Assembly: GCA_963702095.1 (NCBI GenBank)
Contig: OY969706.1
Coordinates: 1,440,001 to 1,504,000, forward strand
Length of the DNA: 64,000 nt
Origin: Candidatus Bathyarchaeota archaeon
GTDB taxonomy: Archaea; Thermoproteota; Bathyarchaeia; Bathyarchaeales; Bathycorpusculaceae
Reading direction: 5' to 3'
This document shows positions 1-9,588 of the stretch, one piece after another. The notes beneath the pieces are model-generated. The model was not told the DNA's origin. It was given only the letters and a program-made list of their open reading frames with translations, and searched no databases. How positions within the stretch are numbered: position 1 is the stretch's first letter; every line of letters begins with the position of its first letter. The position numbers and the translations under genes are program-made.

Positions 1-297
1 TCCCGCGAATACTCCGCCGCCACATGCACATGCGCCGATGGCGACGACGAATTTGGGCTGAGGCATCTGGTCGTAGACGCGTTTTAAGCGTTCTGCACAT
101 TGCTGTGTTACTGCGCCTGTTACGAGGAGTACGTCGGCATGGCGGGGGGATGGTTCTAGTTTTATTCCGAATCGTTCAACATCATATTTTGGAGTGAGGA
201 GCGCAACGATTTCGATGTCGCAGCCGTTGCAGGCGCCAGAGTTGAAGTGTAGCACCCAAGGCGATTTTACACGTGCCCAAGTTTTTGTGTCTGTCAT
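1..297 (-). CDS. NuoB-like / group 4 [NiFe]-hydrogenase small subunit (runs off the window edge)
   Basis: Manual translation MTDTKTWARVKSPWVLHFNSGACNGCDIEIVALLTPKYDVERFG...PRHADVLLVTG...PKFVVAIGACACGGG; CNGCDIE and GxCxxxGG motifs. Confidence 0.9.
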   Translation of the reverse strand, partial: MTDTKTWARVKSPWVLHFNSGACNGCDIEIVALLTPKYDVERFGIKLEPSPRHADVLLVTGAVTQQCAERLKRVYDQMPQPKFVVAIGACACGGGVFAG

Positions 298-639
298 TTA
301 CTCTTTGCCTCCATCAAGTAAGACTATGCCCGCAGCGAGGATTATGCCGATGTAGAGGACCAACAGAAGGGGATTCACCTGCGCCAAAGCAAAGGAAGCG
401 AACGCAAGTACTAGAACTGAGGTATCGAACACTACGAAGTAAATTAAGTACTTGTAGAGGGAAACGTTGATTTTGAGTCCTTGGAAGGTAACTTTTTCTC
501 CGCAGGCATACGCCGCCTGTTCGTTTTCGCTTATAGTAGTTTTAGGCGCTGAATGTTTACCTATTGCATAGATTGCGTAGGTGGCGACAAAAATTAAAAC
601 GAATGCGAGGATGGCTTCCAAAATTGCGTCGACAATCAT
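298..639 (-). CDS. NuoA-like (NADH-quinone oxidoreductase subunit A family) membrane subunit
   Basis: Three TM segments, AYACGE loop, YLIYFVVFD motif; abuts the NuoB-like gene. Confidence 0.8.
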   Translation of the reverse strand: MIVDAILEAILAFVLIFVATYAIYAIGKHSAPKTTISENEQAAYACGEKVTFQGLKINVSLYKYLIYFVVFDTSVLVLAFASFALAQVNPLLLVLYIGIILAAGIVLLDGGKE

Positions 640-854
640 GCTATTTTCTCTCCGTGAATGCCTTTTACCATCAAAGCTTCCTCAAGGGTAGAACCAAATT
701 GGCACTTGTTATACCCGAAAGCGTCTCTGTGACCGTATTTAAGGTTATCTGCATGGGAACTGGACAAATGAGCGATACTAAAGGCAGCATCAGGTTTGCT
801 GTTAGGCGTTTTAATGGTGAATTTATCGGTACTGCATAGGATGGTCTCTCCCAT
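636..854 (-). CDS. Small hypothetical protein, first gene of the hydrogenase-like operon
   Basis: 72 aa ORF whose stop overlaps the NuoA-like ATG (ATGA coupling). Confidence 0.5.
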   Translation of the reverse strand: MGETILCSTDKFTIKTPNSKPDAAFSIAHLSSSHADNLKYGHRDAFGYNKCQFGSTLEEALMVKGIHGEKIA

Positions 855-1000
855 TGAATCTGTTTCTCTCCTTTACTGCCCCGAGATAGTTCACATAAAA
901 GCAGTGTACTTGCTTTTAAATTTTGAGAAGCCAAATGTGTTAAATTTCATGTTTGTATCCATATTTTGAACGATATGACTAATATGTACCATCGATGCAA

Positions 1001-2104
1001 TTAAACCGATATTTCATCACTCAAACCATTCTCAGGATATGGAAACAGATGCGCCTTATCCAAAGGATAAGTAATAGTAACATCTTGACTTACATCAACC
1101 CAATCTTCTGTAAGCGATGGCCGATTAATTACAAACCGATCACCGTTCACAAGCCGTATCTCATAACGGACAATAGTGCCTTCAAAGGTGGTTTTCTCGA
1201 TTTGCCCAAACAAGGCGTTGGGTCCCTCAATGAAACCCATCTTCATTTCACATGTTTCAGGCCTAATAGCCAAAACAACCCGGTCATTCACATTTATGTC
1301 TCGCTCGCTGAATGCTTCAACCCTAAAGCCCTCTCGCAACTCCACCTCGGCATTTTTGCCATCGGTCTTTGTAACATAGCCTTCAAGCAGGTTAGATTCT
1401 CCGATAAAGAATGCCACAAACAAGGTCTTAGGATGCATATACAGTTCTTTGGGCGATCCAATCTGGACTATCTTACCTTTCTTCATAACGGCAATACGGT
1501 CAGAGATAGACATCGCCTCAGCCTGGTCATGAGTAACATGAATAGCCGTCAATTTTAAGTCTTTAGCCATACGTCGAATTTCATATCGGATGTCATTGCG
1601 AACTTTTGCGTCAAGCTGCCCCAAAGGCTCATCGAGAAGCAGAATCTTTGCGCCAGCGGCAAGCGCCCGAGCTACTGCAATACGCTGCATCATACCTCCG
1701 CTGAGTTCGCCCGGATAAGCATTGAGGCGTTCATTGAGCTTAACCAGCTCGAGGACTTCATGTCCTATGGTGTCAGCTTGTTTAGCATCATAATTCTTAA
1801 CTTTCGGCCCATAGAGCACGTTACTCCAAGCAGTCATGTGTGGAAACAAAGCAAAAGTTTGAAACACGAAGCCGATATCCCGGTCTTCCGGAGGAACCTT
1901 GTCTACACGTCGGTCGCCAATGTAGATTTCGCCTTCGTCCGCTTCAATTAAGCCAGCGATGAGACGTAGCAGGGTGGTTTTGCCGCAGCCACTTGGACCC
2001 AAAAGCGAAAAGTACTCTTGGTCGTGAATGGTTAGGCTGACATGGTCTAAAGCGTAAAGTTTACCATATTTTTTTACTACATTAACAACTTTGACTTCTG
2101 GCAT
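1001..2104 (-). CDS. ABC importer ATPase (PotA/FbpC/ModC-like, C-terminal TOBE domain)
   Basis: GPSGCGKT, FQTFALFPHM, LSGGMMQR, LLLDEP, HVTHDQ. Confidence 0.93.
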   Translation of the reverse strand: MPEVKVVNVVKKYGKLYALDHVSLTIHDQEYFSLLGPSGCGKTTLLRLIAGLIEADEGEIYIGDRRVDKVPPEDRDIGFVFQTFALFPHMTAWSNVLYGPKVKNYDAKQADTIGHEVLELVKLNERLNAYPGELSGGMMQRIAVARALAAGAKILLLDEPLGQLDAKVRNDIRYEIRRMAKDLKLTAIHVTHDQAEAMSISDRIAVMKKGKIVQIGSPKELYMHPKTLFVAFFIGESNLLEGYVTKTDGKNAEVELREGFRVEAFSERDINVNDRVVLAIRPETCEMKMGFIEGPNALFGQIEKTTFEGTIVRYEIRLVNGDRFVINRPSLTEDWVDVSQDVTITYPLDKAHLFPYPENGLSDEISV

Positions 2105-2154
2105 ACTTTTTTCGTTCCTCTATGACTTTTTTGGGTGACTTATTGATTATCATG

Positions 2155-3879
2155 TTAGGCTTTTCCTTTTTTTGTTAATAGACGCAAGATCAGCAGTATA
2201 ATGAAGCTGAATAGGATCAAGAGACCGCAAGCTAAGCCTACATTTAAGGCTGTAACGCCTGCAATCGGTCCAATCGTGCCTCTAACAGAGTTAACCCAAT
2301 TTACAATCAAAACAGGCGCCGTCTGCAGTTTTGTCGCTACAGCCAAGGTCGCGCCGGTTTCGCTTACGCTTCTTGTAAAGACGATGATTGCACCTGAGAA
2401 GATGGAATATTTAGTAATAGGCCAAACAATTGAGCGGAAGACGATTAAGGGTTTAGCCCCCAACGTTTTTGCAGCTTCCTCCATATCGACAGTTATACGC
2501 TCCATAGCAGCGGACATTGATCGCACGAAATAGGGATAGGTAATTGCCAAGTGAGCGAATACCAACAGCAGAAACTCAGGGATACCGGGGAGGTTTGACC
2601 AAAAGAACTTTAAAGACACTCCTAAGGCTATGGAGGGAACAATAATTGGAACGTTAATTAAGGTATCAAGAATTACGGAGAGCCATTTTCCAAAGGTTTT
2701 GCGAGCAATCAGTATAGCCATAGGCAATCCTAAGGCAATACCTAACACTGTAACTACAGCGGCTAAGCCATAGGATAACGTTAAGCTCTGCCAGAAACTA
2801 GCCCATATGCCTGAGCCAGTAAAAACTTCAGTAAACGTTGACCCAGTTACGATGGCTTGGAATGCGGGCAACGCAACGAACATGGAAGGGATCAACACGA
2901 TGAATATGAAGACAGCCAATGCGATGCCGTTGCGGGTCCAAGCGCCTTTTTTATAGCTGAGTTTCTTTTCAAACGACGCCAAACCGTGGCCGAATGGAAG
3001 TTTAAGCCTTTGCCCAACCACACGGATCAAGACAAAAATTGCCAAAGATACAACAATGAGGATGAGACTGGCAAAAACAGTGGCAGCTTCGTATGATCCT
3101 TGGGTAATAGTGCCGCTTTTGAATTCGTTACTTACGGTCTGAATAAAGACGGGGCCGTTTAGGAATAATCCTGCCGCCACTATGAAGGTGGCACCTGTTT
3201 CTGAGAGAGACCGCGCAAAAGCCAAGGTGTAGGCAGCAATCAAGGAGGGCTTCAAAATCGGCAATGATACGGTTCTGGCGGCGGTTAACGGTGGAGCGCC
3301 GAGCGTGCGTGAGGCTCGTTCATACTCGGTTTTGTAATCGAGCAGTGCACCGACAATAACTCGGACGACCACAGGATAGGAAAAAGTAAAATGTAGAAGT
3401 AAAACAAGAAGCCACCCGGGGGAAACAAAGGGTTGACCGAATAGGTCAGATATGCCACCGGGTGAGCTCCAGAAAAGTAAAAGCGAGTATCCCAATGCAG
3501 CGGTTGGTACGACAAAGGGCAAATCCGCCAGTGTATCAAGAACAGTTAACCACCTTGACTTGCCACGGGCAATAAACCAAGCAAGCGGGAGACCTGCCAG
3601 AAGATCCAAGCCCGCAACAACCAAGCCAATTATGAAAGATACAGCGATAGCGTTTAAAGCTGTATTCATTAACGCTGGGTTATCAAGTATGTTCTGTAGG
3701 GACCCCGCTTTGGTTAAGATTCCGATGATCGGCGGGATCAGAATTAAAGCAAAAAAGATTATGACAGCTGAAATGTAGAGGGTGTACTTTAGGGATTTTT
3801 TGGAGGATAAACGGTTGAGCTTGTCTGAGGCTTTACTAAGCAAGGTGCCGCTCCTTTGGTGGGGGTAGTTTTTGCTCAA
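2155..3879 (-). CDS. ABC importer permease with duplicated BPD_transp_1 domain (FbpB/ModB-like)
   Basis: Two EAA motifs (ERASRTLGA, EEAAKTLGA), repeated RSLSETGAT/RSVSETGAT. Confidence 0.88.
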   Translation of the reverse strand: MSKNYPHQRSGTLLSKASDKLNRLSSKKSLKYTLYISAVIIFFALILIPPIIGILTKAGSLQNILDNPALMNTALNAIAVSFIIGLVVAGLDLLAGLPLAWFIARGKSRWLTVLDTLADLPFVVPTAALGYSLLLFWSSPGGISDLFGQPFVSPGWLLVLLLHFTFSYPVVVRVIVGALLDYKTEYERASRTLGAPPLTAARTVSLPILKPSLIAAYTLAFARSLSETGATFIVAAGLFLNGPVFIQTVSNEFKSGTITQGSYEAATVFASLILIVVSLAIFVLIRVVGQRLKLPFGHGLASFEKKLSYKKGAWTRNGIALAVFIFIVLIPSMFVALPAFQAIVTGSTFTEVFTGSGIWASFWQSLTLSYGLAAVVTVLGIALGLPMAILIARKTFGKWLSVILDTLINVPIIVPSIALGVSLKFFWSNLPGIPEFLLLVFAHLAITYPYFVRSMSAAMERITVDMEEAAKTLGAKPLIVFRSIVWPITKYSIFSGAIIVFTRSVSETGATLAVATKLQTAPVLIVNWVNSVRGTIGPIAGVTALNVGLACGLLILFSFIILLILRLLTKKGKA

Positions 3880-4012
3880 AGAACAACTTAATTGGCGGTT
3901 CCACTATATTAGCTGTTACATAGAAAAAGAATTTTCTAAATAAACTAAGCGCTGAATATGTAGGCTACTATGCAATCAATAAAATATAGAGAAAACACTG
4001 GCTCACTATGGG

Positions 4013-4804
4013 TTAACTAACGACTTTTCGGAATTGAATCAAAGTTGCACTCAACGTCAAAACCGCCAAGAGCGTTATGACACCGAAAGCCGGCAGTATG
4101 GTACTCCAGTCATACCCATTAATCATGAGCACGCGGCAAGCGTTTACTGCGTAACTGATGGGGTTAAAAGCTGAGATGGTTTTGATCCAGTCAGGCTGAA
4201 AACTCTGCGGCACCAAAGCCGTACTAAGGAAAAGCAAGGGAAAAGTGATGAAGCCACCGATGGCAAAAACCGTCTCCGAACTCCTTGTTTTCATGCCGAT
4301 AGCCAAGGAGATGCCTGACCAAGCTAAACCAAAAAACGCTACAATAATCAAAATAAGAATCATCCCAGGTATCCCCGTCACGTAGGAGACACCGACAAAG
4401 GGCAAAAGCGATAACAGAATAATAATTAATGATTGAATAACCACGCGAAAAGCATCGCTTGTTAACCGACCCAACAAAATCGCGTAGCGGCTCACAGGCG
4501 TCACCAGCATTTTCTGCAAGTAACCCGAGTCGATATCCGCGACAATCGAGTTACCCGACTGCAAGGCACTGCCGAAAGCATTCTGCAATAAGATGCCTGC
4601 AGTGGCGAAAATAGCATAGCTAGTGGTACCGGTCGCAGCGACGAAACCGGGAATTTCAGAGAATTGCCCAAAAAGCTGGGTGAAAAGTAACAAGAAGATG
4701 ATTGGTTGAAAGAGCGAGAAAAACAAAAGGATAGGGTTGCGGATTAGTTTTTTGAGGTAGCGAACAAAAAGGTACCAAGTGTCAGTTAGCAAAGTCATTG
4801 TCAT
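4013..4804 (-). CDS. ABC-2 type exporter permease (DrrB-like)
   Basis: Six TM segments, LVTPVSR, NPISYAVNA motifs; coupled to the ATPase. Confidence 0.88.
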   Translation of the reverse strand: MTMTLLTDTWYLFVRYLKKLIRNPILLFFSLFQPIIFLLLFTQLFGQFSEIPGFVAATGTTSYAIFATAGILLQNAFGSALQSGNSIVADIDSGYLQKMLVTPVSRYAILLGRLTSDAFRVVIQSLIIILLSLLPFVGVSYVTGIPGMILILIIVAFFGLAWSGISLAIGMKTRSSETVFAIGGFITFPLLFLSTALVPQSFQPDWIKTISAFNPISYAVNACRVLMINGYDWSTILPAFGVITLLAVLTLSATLIQFRKVVS

Positions 4805-5796
4805 CGGGCTCCAAACATTTTACTTGGCGCTTTAACCAAGTCTTCGGTGCGGATGCGTTTGCCAGTGTGCTTGAGGAAAACATCATCCAGCGATGGCGAC
4901 GAGAAGGTTACGGAGAGCAGCCTAATTTCACTGCTGTCAAATGCCCGCACAATATCGGCGACTAAGGGACCCGCGTTTTTTGCGAAAACGTTTAAGCAAT
5001 CCGGTGGACCAGAATCCATCACAAGAGTCACGCCAGTTAGGGTTTTTAGAAGTTCTTTGGCCTTGGACTTGTCTCGTTCACAGTTCTCAATAACCAGCTT
5101 AATCGAGTCAGCGCCGATTTCATGCTTCAAATCTGCAGGTGTTCCGCTGACAACAATTTTTCCTGAATCCACAATCGCCAGCCGCTTACAAAGCCGATCG
5201 GCTTCCTCTAGGTACTGGGTAGTTAAGAAGATGGTTGTGCCTTCCTTGTTAAGTTTTTCTAGATACGCCCAAATCGCTTGGCGTGACTGAGGATCCAACC
5301 CAGTGGTGGGCTCATCGAGGAAAACCAGTTTAGGCTCATGCACCAACGCGGTGGCTAAATCCAAACGCTTCTTCATGCCGCCTGAGTAGTTGCGTGCTCG
5401 TCGGTCTGCGGCTGATTCAAGCCCCACCAAGTTGAGGAGTTCGTTGACGCGGTTTTTGAGTTTGAGGGTATTCATCTGTTGGAATCTGCCCTGCAACATA
5501 ATGTTCTCTCTCCCCGTTAAGTCGCCGTCGACGGTTGTGTCTTGGCTTTGTACACCGATTATTCTTCGGATGGCGTTTGCTCCGTGTTCAATATCATGTC
5601 CAGCGACGGTTACAGTTCCGGAGGTTTTTCGGAGCAGGGTGGTTAAAACTTTGATGGCTGTGCTTTTGCCGGCGCCGTTGGGGCGTAGGAAACCGAAGAA
5701 TTCGCCTTCCTTAACAGTGAAGGATATGTCATTTATGGCTTTGGTGCCATCAGAATAGACCAGAACAAGGTTTTTGACAGAAATTATGTCGGACAT
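4801..5796 (-). CDS. ABC exporter ATPase (DrrA-like); first Walker A Gly replaced by Arg
   Basis: FLRPNGAGKST, YSGGMKKR, LDEPTTGLDP, TTQYLEEAD. Confidence 0.9.
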   Translation of the reverse strand: MSDIISVKNLVLVYSDGTKAINDISFTVKEGEFFGFLRPNGAGKSTAIKVLTTLLRKTSGTVTVAGHDIEHGANAIRRIIGVQSQDTTVDGDLTGRENIMLQGRFQQMNTLKLKNRVNELLNLVGLESAADRRARNYSGGMKKRLDLATALVHEPKLVFLDEPTTGLDPQSRQAIWAYLEKLNKEGTTIFLTTQYLEEADRLCKRLAIVDSGKIVVSGTPADLKHEIGADSIKLVIENCERDKSKAKELLKTLTGVTLVMDSGPPDCLNVFAKNAGPLVADIVRAFDSSEIRLLSVTFSSPSLDDVFLKHTGKRIRTEDLVKAPSKMFGAR

Positions 5797-6114
5797 CGAC
5801 GTCTACATAGGTTAGTTTGCGTTTAGAGACTTAACTGTGTGTGACTGTACCCTAACAGCAACGCCTCGAGGCAACAGCGTGTTTGCGGTTAAGCAGAGAC
5901 AGAAATGATGGACTGTTGCTGAACTATTGGGCGCCGTTTCTTGAGGTTTTTCAGCAAAAGTTCAAGGGGAATTGGCGTCTTGACACACACAGTGTTTTGT
6001 AACTACTTTTTGTAGCCACAGACTCTTAAATACAGTCGTGTTTTGCTGGATAAGGTGACATTAGGCGATAAGAGCCTAAAGTAAATCAGAAAAAGGAGTT
6101 TTGGAGGTGGAATT

Positions 6115-6336
6115 TTGGTTAGAGGCGAAGGCACAACCGCTCAGGGATTTGCGAGCCCGGCAAAAATTCAAAGTTGCTTAAAAGGAGCCCATTACCCATC
6201 CAACAAGCGAGATTTAGTGAATCTTGCCAAGAAGAACAGTGCTCCTGAAGATGTTATGGCTATCCTGAACGTGATTGCGGATAAAGAATACAGTTCCCCA
6301 GCGAATGTTATGAAAGAAGTGGGTAAAAAAGAGTAA
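6115..6336 (+). CDS. DUF2795-like small protein
   Basis: LKGAHYPSNKRDLVNLAKKNSAP...EYSSPANVMKEVG pattern; GGAGGTG RBS. Confidence 0.75.
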   Translation: MVRGEGTTAQGFASPAKIQSCLKGAHYPSNKRDLVNLAKKNSAPEDVMAILNVIADKEYSSPANVMKEVGKKE

Positions 6337-6384
6337 TCCCTGTTTTCCCCGTTTTTTTGGTCTATAAGTCTAGGAGATGCAAAA

Positions 6385-6648
6385 GTGGAGTCAATTAAAG
6401 GATTAAGTTGCGACGATATAACATACGGAATAGCTACGGTGCAGCCGAACCGCGCCATAAAACGTTGCCGCATACGCAACCTCAGAATAGAATACTACTT
6501 AATCAGCGAGGTAGCGGTTGTGCTTGTTATACCAAAATCTTGCAGCTTTTGCGAAAAAGGCGACGAATGCACGGACGATTTCATAATGCAGATAATAGAA
6601 AAAATAAGTGAGCCCAAAAACAATCCGGACCCCCACTTCCCTTTTTAG
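6385..6648 (+). CDS. Hypothetical Cys-containing protein
   Basis: 87 aa ORF, AGGAG upstream, CSFCEKGDEC. Confidence 0.5.
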   Translation: MESIKGLSCDDITYGIATVQPNRAIKRCRIRNLRIEYYLISEVAVVLVIPKSCSFCEKGDECTDDFIMQIIEKISEPKNNPDPHFPF

Positions 6649-6676
6649 TTAACCCAAAAAAGAGCAGGGCTTAGCC

Positions 6677-7333
6677 CTAAGCACCTAAGCTTGTCCTTTT
6701 CGCAACTTGTCGCTCTACAGAAAATTCAGGCAGTTGATCTCTAAGTTTCATTTCAACCATCGACTCCGCTTCCGCCAAAATTTGCATAGCTTCCGGGTTA
6801 GAGCTGGATGGACTAAGAGAAGGCCCTTCTGAACTCTGATTGGTTGTTGTTACAATTTCTGAGAGGAGGTTTCCGATGTTGCCCAGTTCCTGACTTGCCT
6901 CAGGCATGATGCTGCCCATCTCGGCGCGGATGCTGTTTAGCATGCCTTTTGCGGGGCTTAAAACGGCAACTACGTCGCCTAACTCTGAAACAGTGCTCAA
7001 ACGCATGGAGACACTTTGGAGTGCAAGTGAAGCGTGGGAGAGCATTTTTTCGACTTTTCTTATTTCTGAGAGTTCTGTTGCTAAAATGTTGGCTCGGTCT
7101 TGCTCTCGTTGAGCCATAGCTTTTATAATGCGGTTGAATACTTCAGCGTCTCGATTTTGGAAACGCTGGACAGCCATATCGAGCATTCGTGTTTGGCTGT
7201 CGAGACGTTGTGTGACTAATGTGATTTGTTCTTTTAAGTTGACTGATGGTTGGCCCACATTCTTGATTTTTTGGGCAAGAGACGGCTCATCACTTTGCTT
7301 CTGTTTCCATCTATTAGTGAAACCTTTGACCAA
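6677..7333 (-). CDS. cdvB: ESCRT-III / Snf7 family protein (CdvB-like)
   Basis: Helical Snf7 pattern RANILATELSEIRK...RLSTVSELGDVVAVLSPA...EAMQILAEAE. Confidence 0.8.
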   Translation of the reverse strand: MVKGFTNRWKQKQSDEPSLAQKIKNVGQPSVNLKEQITLVTQRLDSQTRMLDMAVQRFQNRDAEVFNRIIKAMAQREQDRANILATELSEIRKVEKMLSHASLALQSVSMRLSTVSELGDVVAVLSPAKGMLNSIRAEMGSIMPEASQELGNIGNLLSEIVTTTNQSSEGPSLSPSSSNPEAMQILAEAESMVEMKLRDQLPEFSVERQVAKRTSLGA

Positions 7334-8011
7334 TTAGTATTCCCCAAGCCCCTGTTCGAACCGAGCGATAAAAGAGTGTTCGCATTTATTAGTTAAAAGG
7401 CAGCATGCCATCATAGGGCTTTTTTATATGAGAAGTTAAAGTTGCTAGCAATTCGCTGGCTTCAACGCATGGACCCCAAAAATACGCATGGAGCAAACGA
7501 AGGATTTTGTTTTTAAACTCAAAGGCGCAAACAGCCATCTCCAACAAAAACAGCCTAAAAAAAAACTGTAAACCCAGATTCAGCTGCAACAATACTCAAA
7601 CATTTTAACATGTCACTACCCCAGCATGCAAGCAAATTCAGCATGAAAAACATAAAAAGCTAGAACGTTGTGATGCAACAAAAGCTCTAATCTTATCAGT
7701 GAGAATGACTTATGTGGGTATAATGGCGAAGTCCAAATCATGCAGAAAAAATGAAAACGCTGAAACAGGTTTCTTAAAGACAGAAACCGAAGAGGTTTAT
7801 GCAGACGAGAAAAAAAGGCAAGCAGCACAGCCATTATACCTAAAAAGATATGAATAGACGTTTCTCGGTTCAACATTTTTTGGATGAGCCGCTTTTTGCA
7901 GCCATGGCCTAAGTTTTCTAGCAATTGGTGCCCTATTTATTTTGAAAGTAGAAAAATGTCCAAAATAGCCTCTATCTCTTTCTCTGGGACGATGGATAAT
8001 CGGCTGGACTA

Positions 8012-8311
8012 CTACATGGCGGCGGGCTTAAGTTCAAGGTCCTTAATTTCTTTAAAGGAATCCTTTATGGTTACGACGTCGCCTACTTGATCGATGGCTT
8101 CCACTGGCAAAGAAATAATGGGGTTACTACGAATGTTAATCAAGCCGCCTGTTCTGTACCCAAGCTGTTTCGCAACATCGTCAGTCAAGTGAATTCTAAG
8201 ATGTGTTGCACGCCAGTTGTCAATGTCTATGTCTAGTCCTTCTACTTCTCCGATTAAAAGGCCCTTTATACCGATAACTTTCTTTCCTCTAAACGATTCG
8301 GCTGAAACCAA
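8012..8311 (-). CDS. PRC-barrel domain protein
   Basis: GKKVIGIKGLLIGEVEGLDIDIDNW...LPVEAIDQVGDVVTI. Confidence 0.8.
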   Translation of the reverse strand: MVSAESFRGKKVIGIKGLLIGEVEGLDIDIDNWRATHLRIHLTDDVAKQLGYRTGGLINIRSNPIISLPVEAIDQVGDVVTIKDSFKEIKDLELKPAAM

Positions 8312-8526
8312 AAATCACACCATACTTTAAGGTACAATGATTCCTAATTAAAATGTTTGTATAGGTAGCAAGGCTATAACAAACACATAAAAGGTTTGCA
8401 ACCGTAACCTCTCTGGCTTGGCATTAACAAACCCACGTAACCCCCTAAATTCATCCCAAAAGCTTAGAGTTCTAGCATGAAAAGAATTTAGGCGAAACTT
8501 CTTTTGGAGATGGAGCAAAACAGTTC

Positions 8527-9552
8527 TTGCCGAAAGTTACAATCGTTTTCGCAGTTTTTCTCATAACATGTGCTTTATCTACGATAGGTGCGTTCAATCA
8601 AGCATCTAAAGCAGATGCTCAAACTCCAAGCATACAACCATTCGATTCTACCCCGCAAGTTCCAATGACAATAGATGCCCAACCCTCAGATGACACTGTT
8701 TTCATAGGGGTTTGGCTGTTAAACATGTTTGATTTTCAGTATAAAAGTGGCAGCTATACCATGGACATGTACGTCTATTTTTTCTGGAGCAACCCCAATA
8801 TCACTAACATTGATTGGTACTTCTCCAATGGATACCCAATTACTCCGACAGCTGTAACATTAGTGGCGAATACAACAAGCGGCGACTTCGAAGTTCAAGT
8901 CTATAGGGCGACAGCCCGTTTGAATTATTCGCCAGACGCCGCCAACTATCCGTTTGACCACATAAATGTAACTATATCAATTGATTTGTTAACACATGGA
9001 AACAACGTAGCTTTCCAGTGGCTAACCAATCAAACGGGGGTTGATCCTCAATTTACCAATTCCGGCTGGAAAACAGACAGCATTCAGCTAAGTACATCCC
9101 TGCATCCTTACCCGATTGGAGTTCAGGTGCCCAGGGCAGAAATGGTGATAAACCAAGAAAGACAACGTACAGCAACTAGCTTTTCGCCTTTTTTTCCTCC
9201 AGCCATTTTTAGTCTGGTATGCGCAGTTTCATTCCTGTTCAGCCTCAAAGAGATGAGTTCTGTAGGATTACGCATAGGATTAAACACATCCATGCTTGTG
9301 ACTACGTTACTTTTCAGTTTTGGCGCAAGCAGCGACATACCGCCTTCCCCATACATTGTATTATACACAATTTACCTGCTTTGTGTTCTGATTTTTATGG
9401 TCTGCAATTTAATTGTAACGATTATCGGGGTTGTGGGTTGGGTGAAATTTAAGGACGAAAAAAGAACTGCTATAGCCAACAGATTAGGCTTTCTGATTTC
9501 TGTCATTGTGCCTGTGACAATATTTTTGCTACTGTATTATGTTAAAGTTTAA
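8527..9552 (+). CDS. Pentameric ligand-gated ion channel (GLIC/ELIC-like, Pro-loop family) subunit
   Basis: Signal peptide, beta-rich ectodomain with YxxFxW, NYPFD Pro-loop, GW, ERQR pre-M1, M1 proline, RIGLNTSMLVT M2, PxSPY M2-M3 loop, 4 TM segments. Confidence 0.78.
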   Translation: MPKVTIVFAVFLITCALSTIGAFNQASKADAQTPSIQPFDSTPQVPMTIDAQPSDDTVFIGVWLLNMFDFQYKSGSYTMDMYVYFFWSNPNITNIDWYFSNGYPITPTAVTLVANTTSGDFEVQVYRATARLNYSPDAANYPFDHINVTISIDLLTHGNNVAFQWLTNQTGVDPQFTNSGWKTDSIQLSTSLHPYPIGVQVPRAEMVINQERQRTATSFSPFFPPAIFSLVCAVSFLFSLKEMSSVGLRIGLNTSMLVTTLLFSFGASSDIPPSPYIVLYTIYLLCVLIFMVCNLIVTIIGVVGWVKFKDEKRTAIANRLGFLISVIVPVTIFLLLYYVKV

Positions 9553-9588
9553 AAATCGCCCCTACAGCAGGGGTAGAGTGTTTAGCGG

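Noticed and set aside
5903-5946. Possible C/D box guide RNA (ATGATGG...CTGA)
   Set aside because: C box imperfect, spacing too short, no clear D'/C' pair
7710-7719. TTATGTGGGT matching the repeat terminus
   Set aside because: Only 10 nt; similarity does not extend
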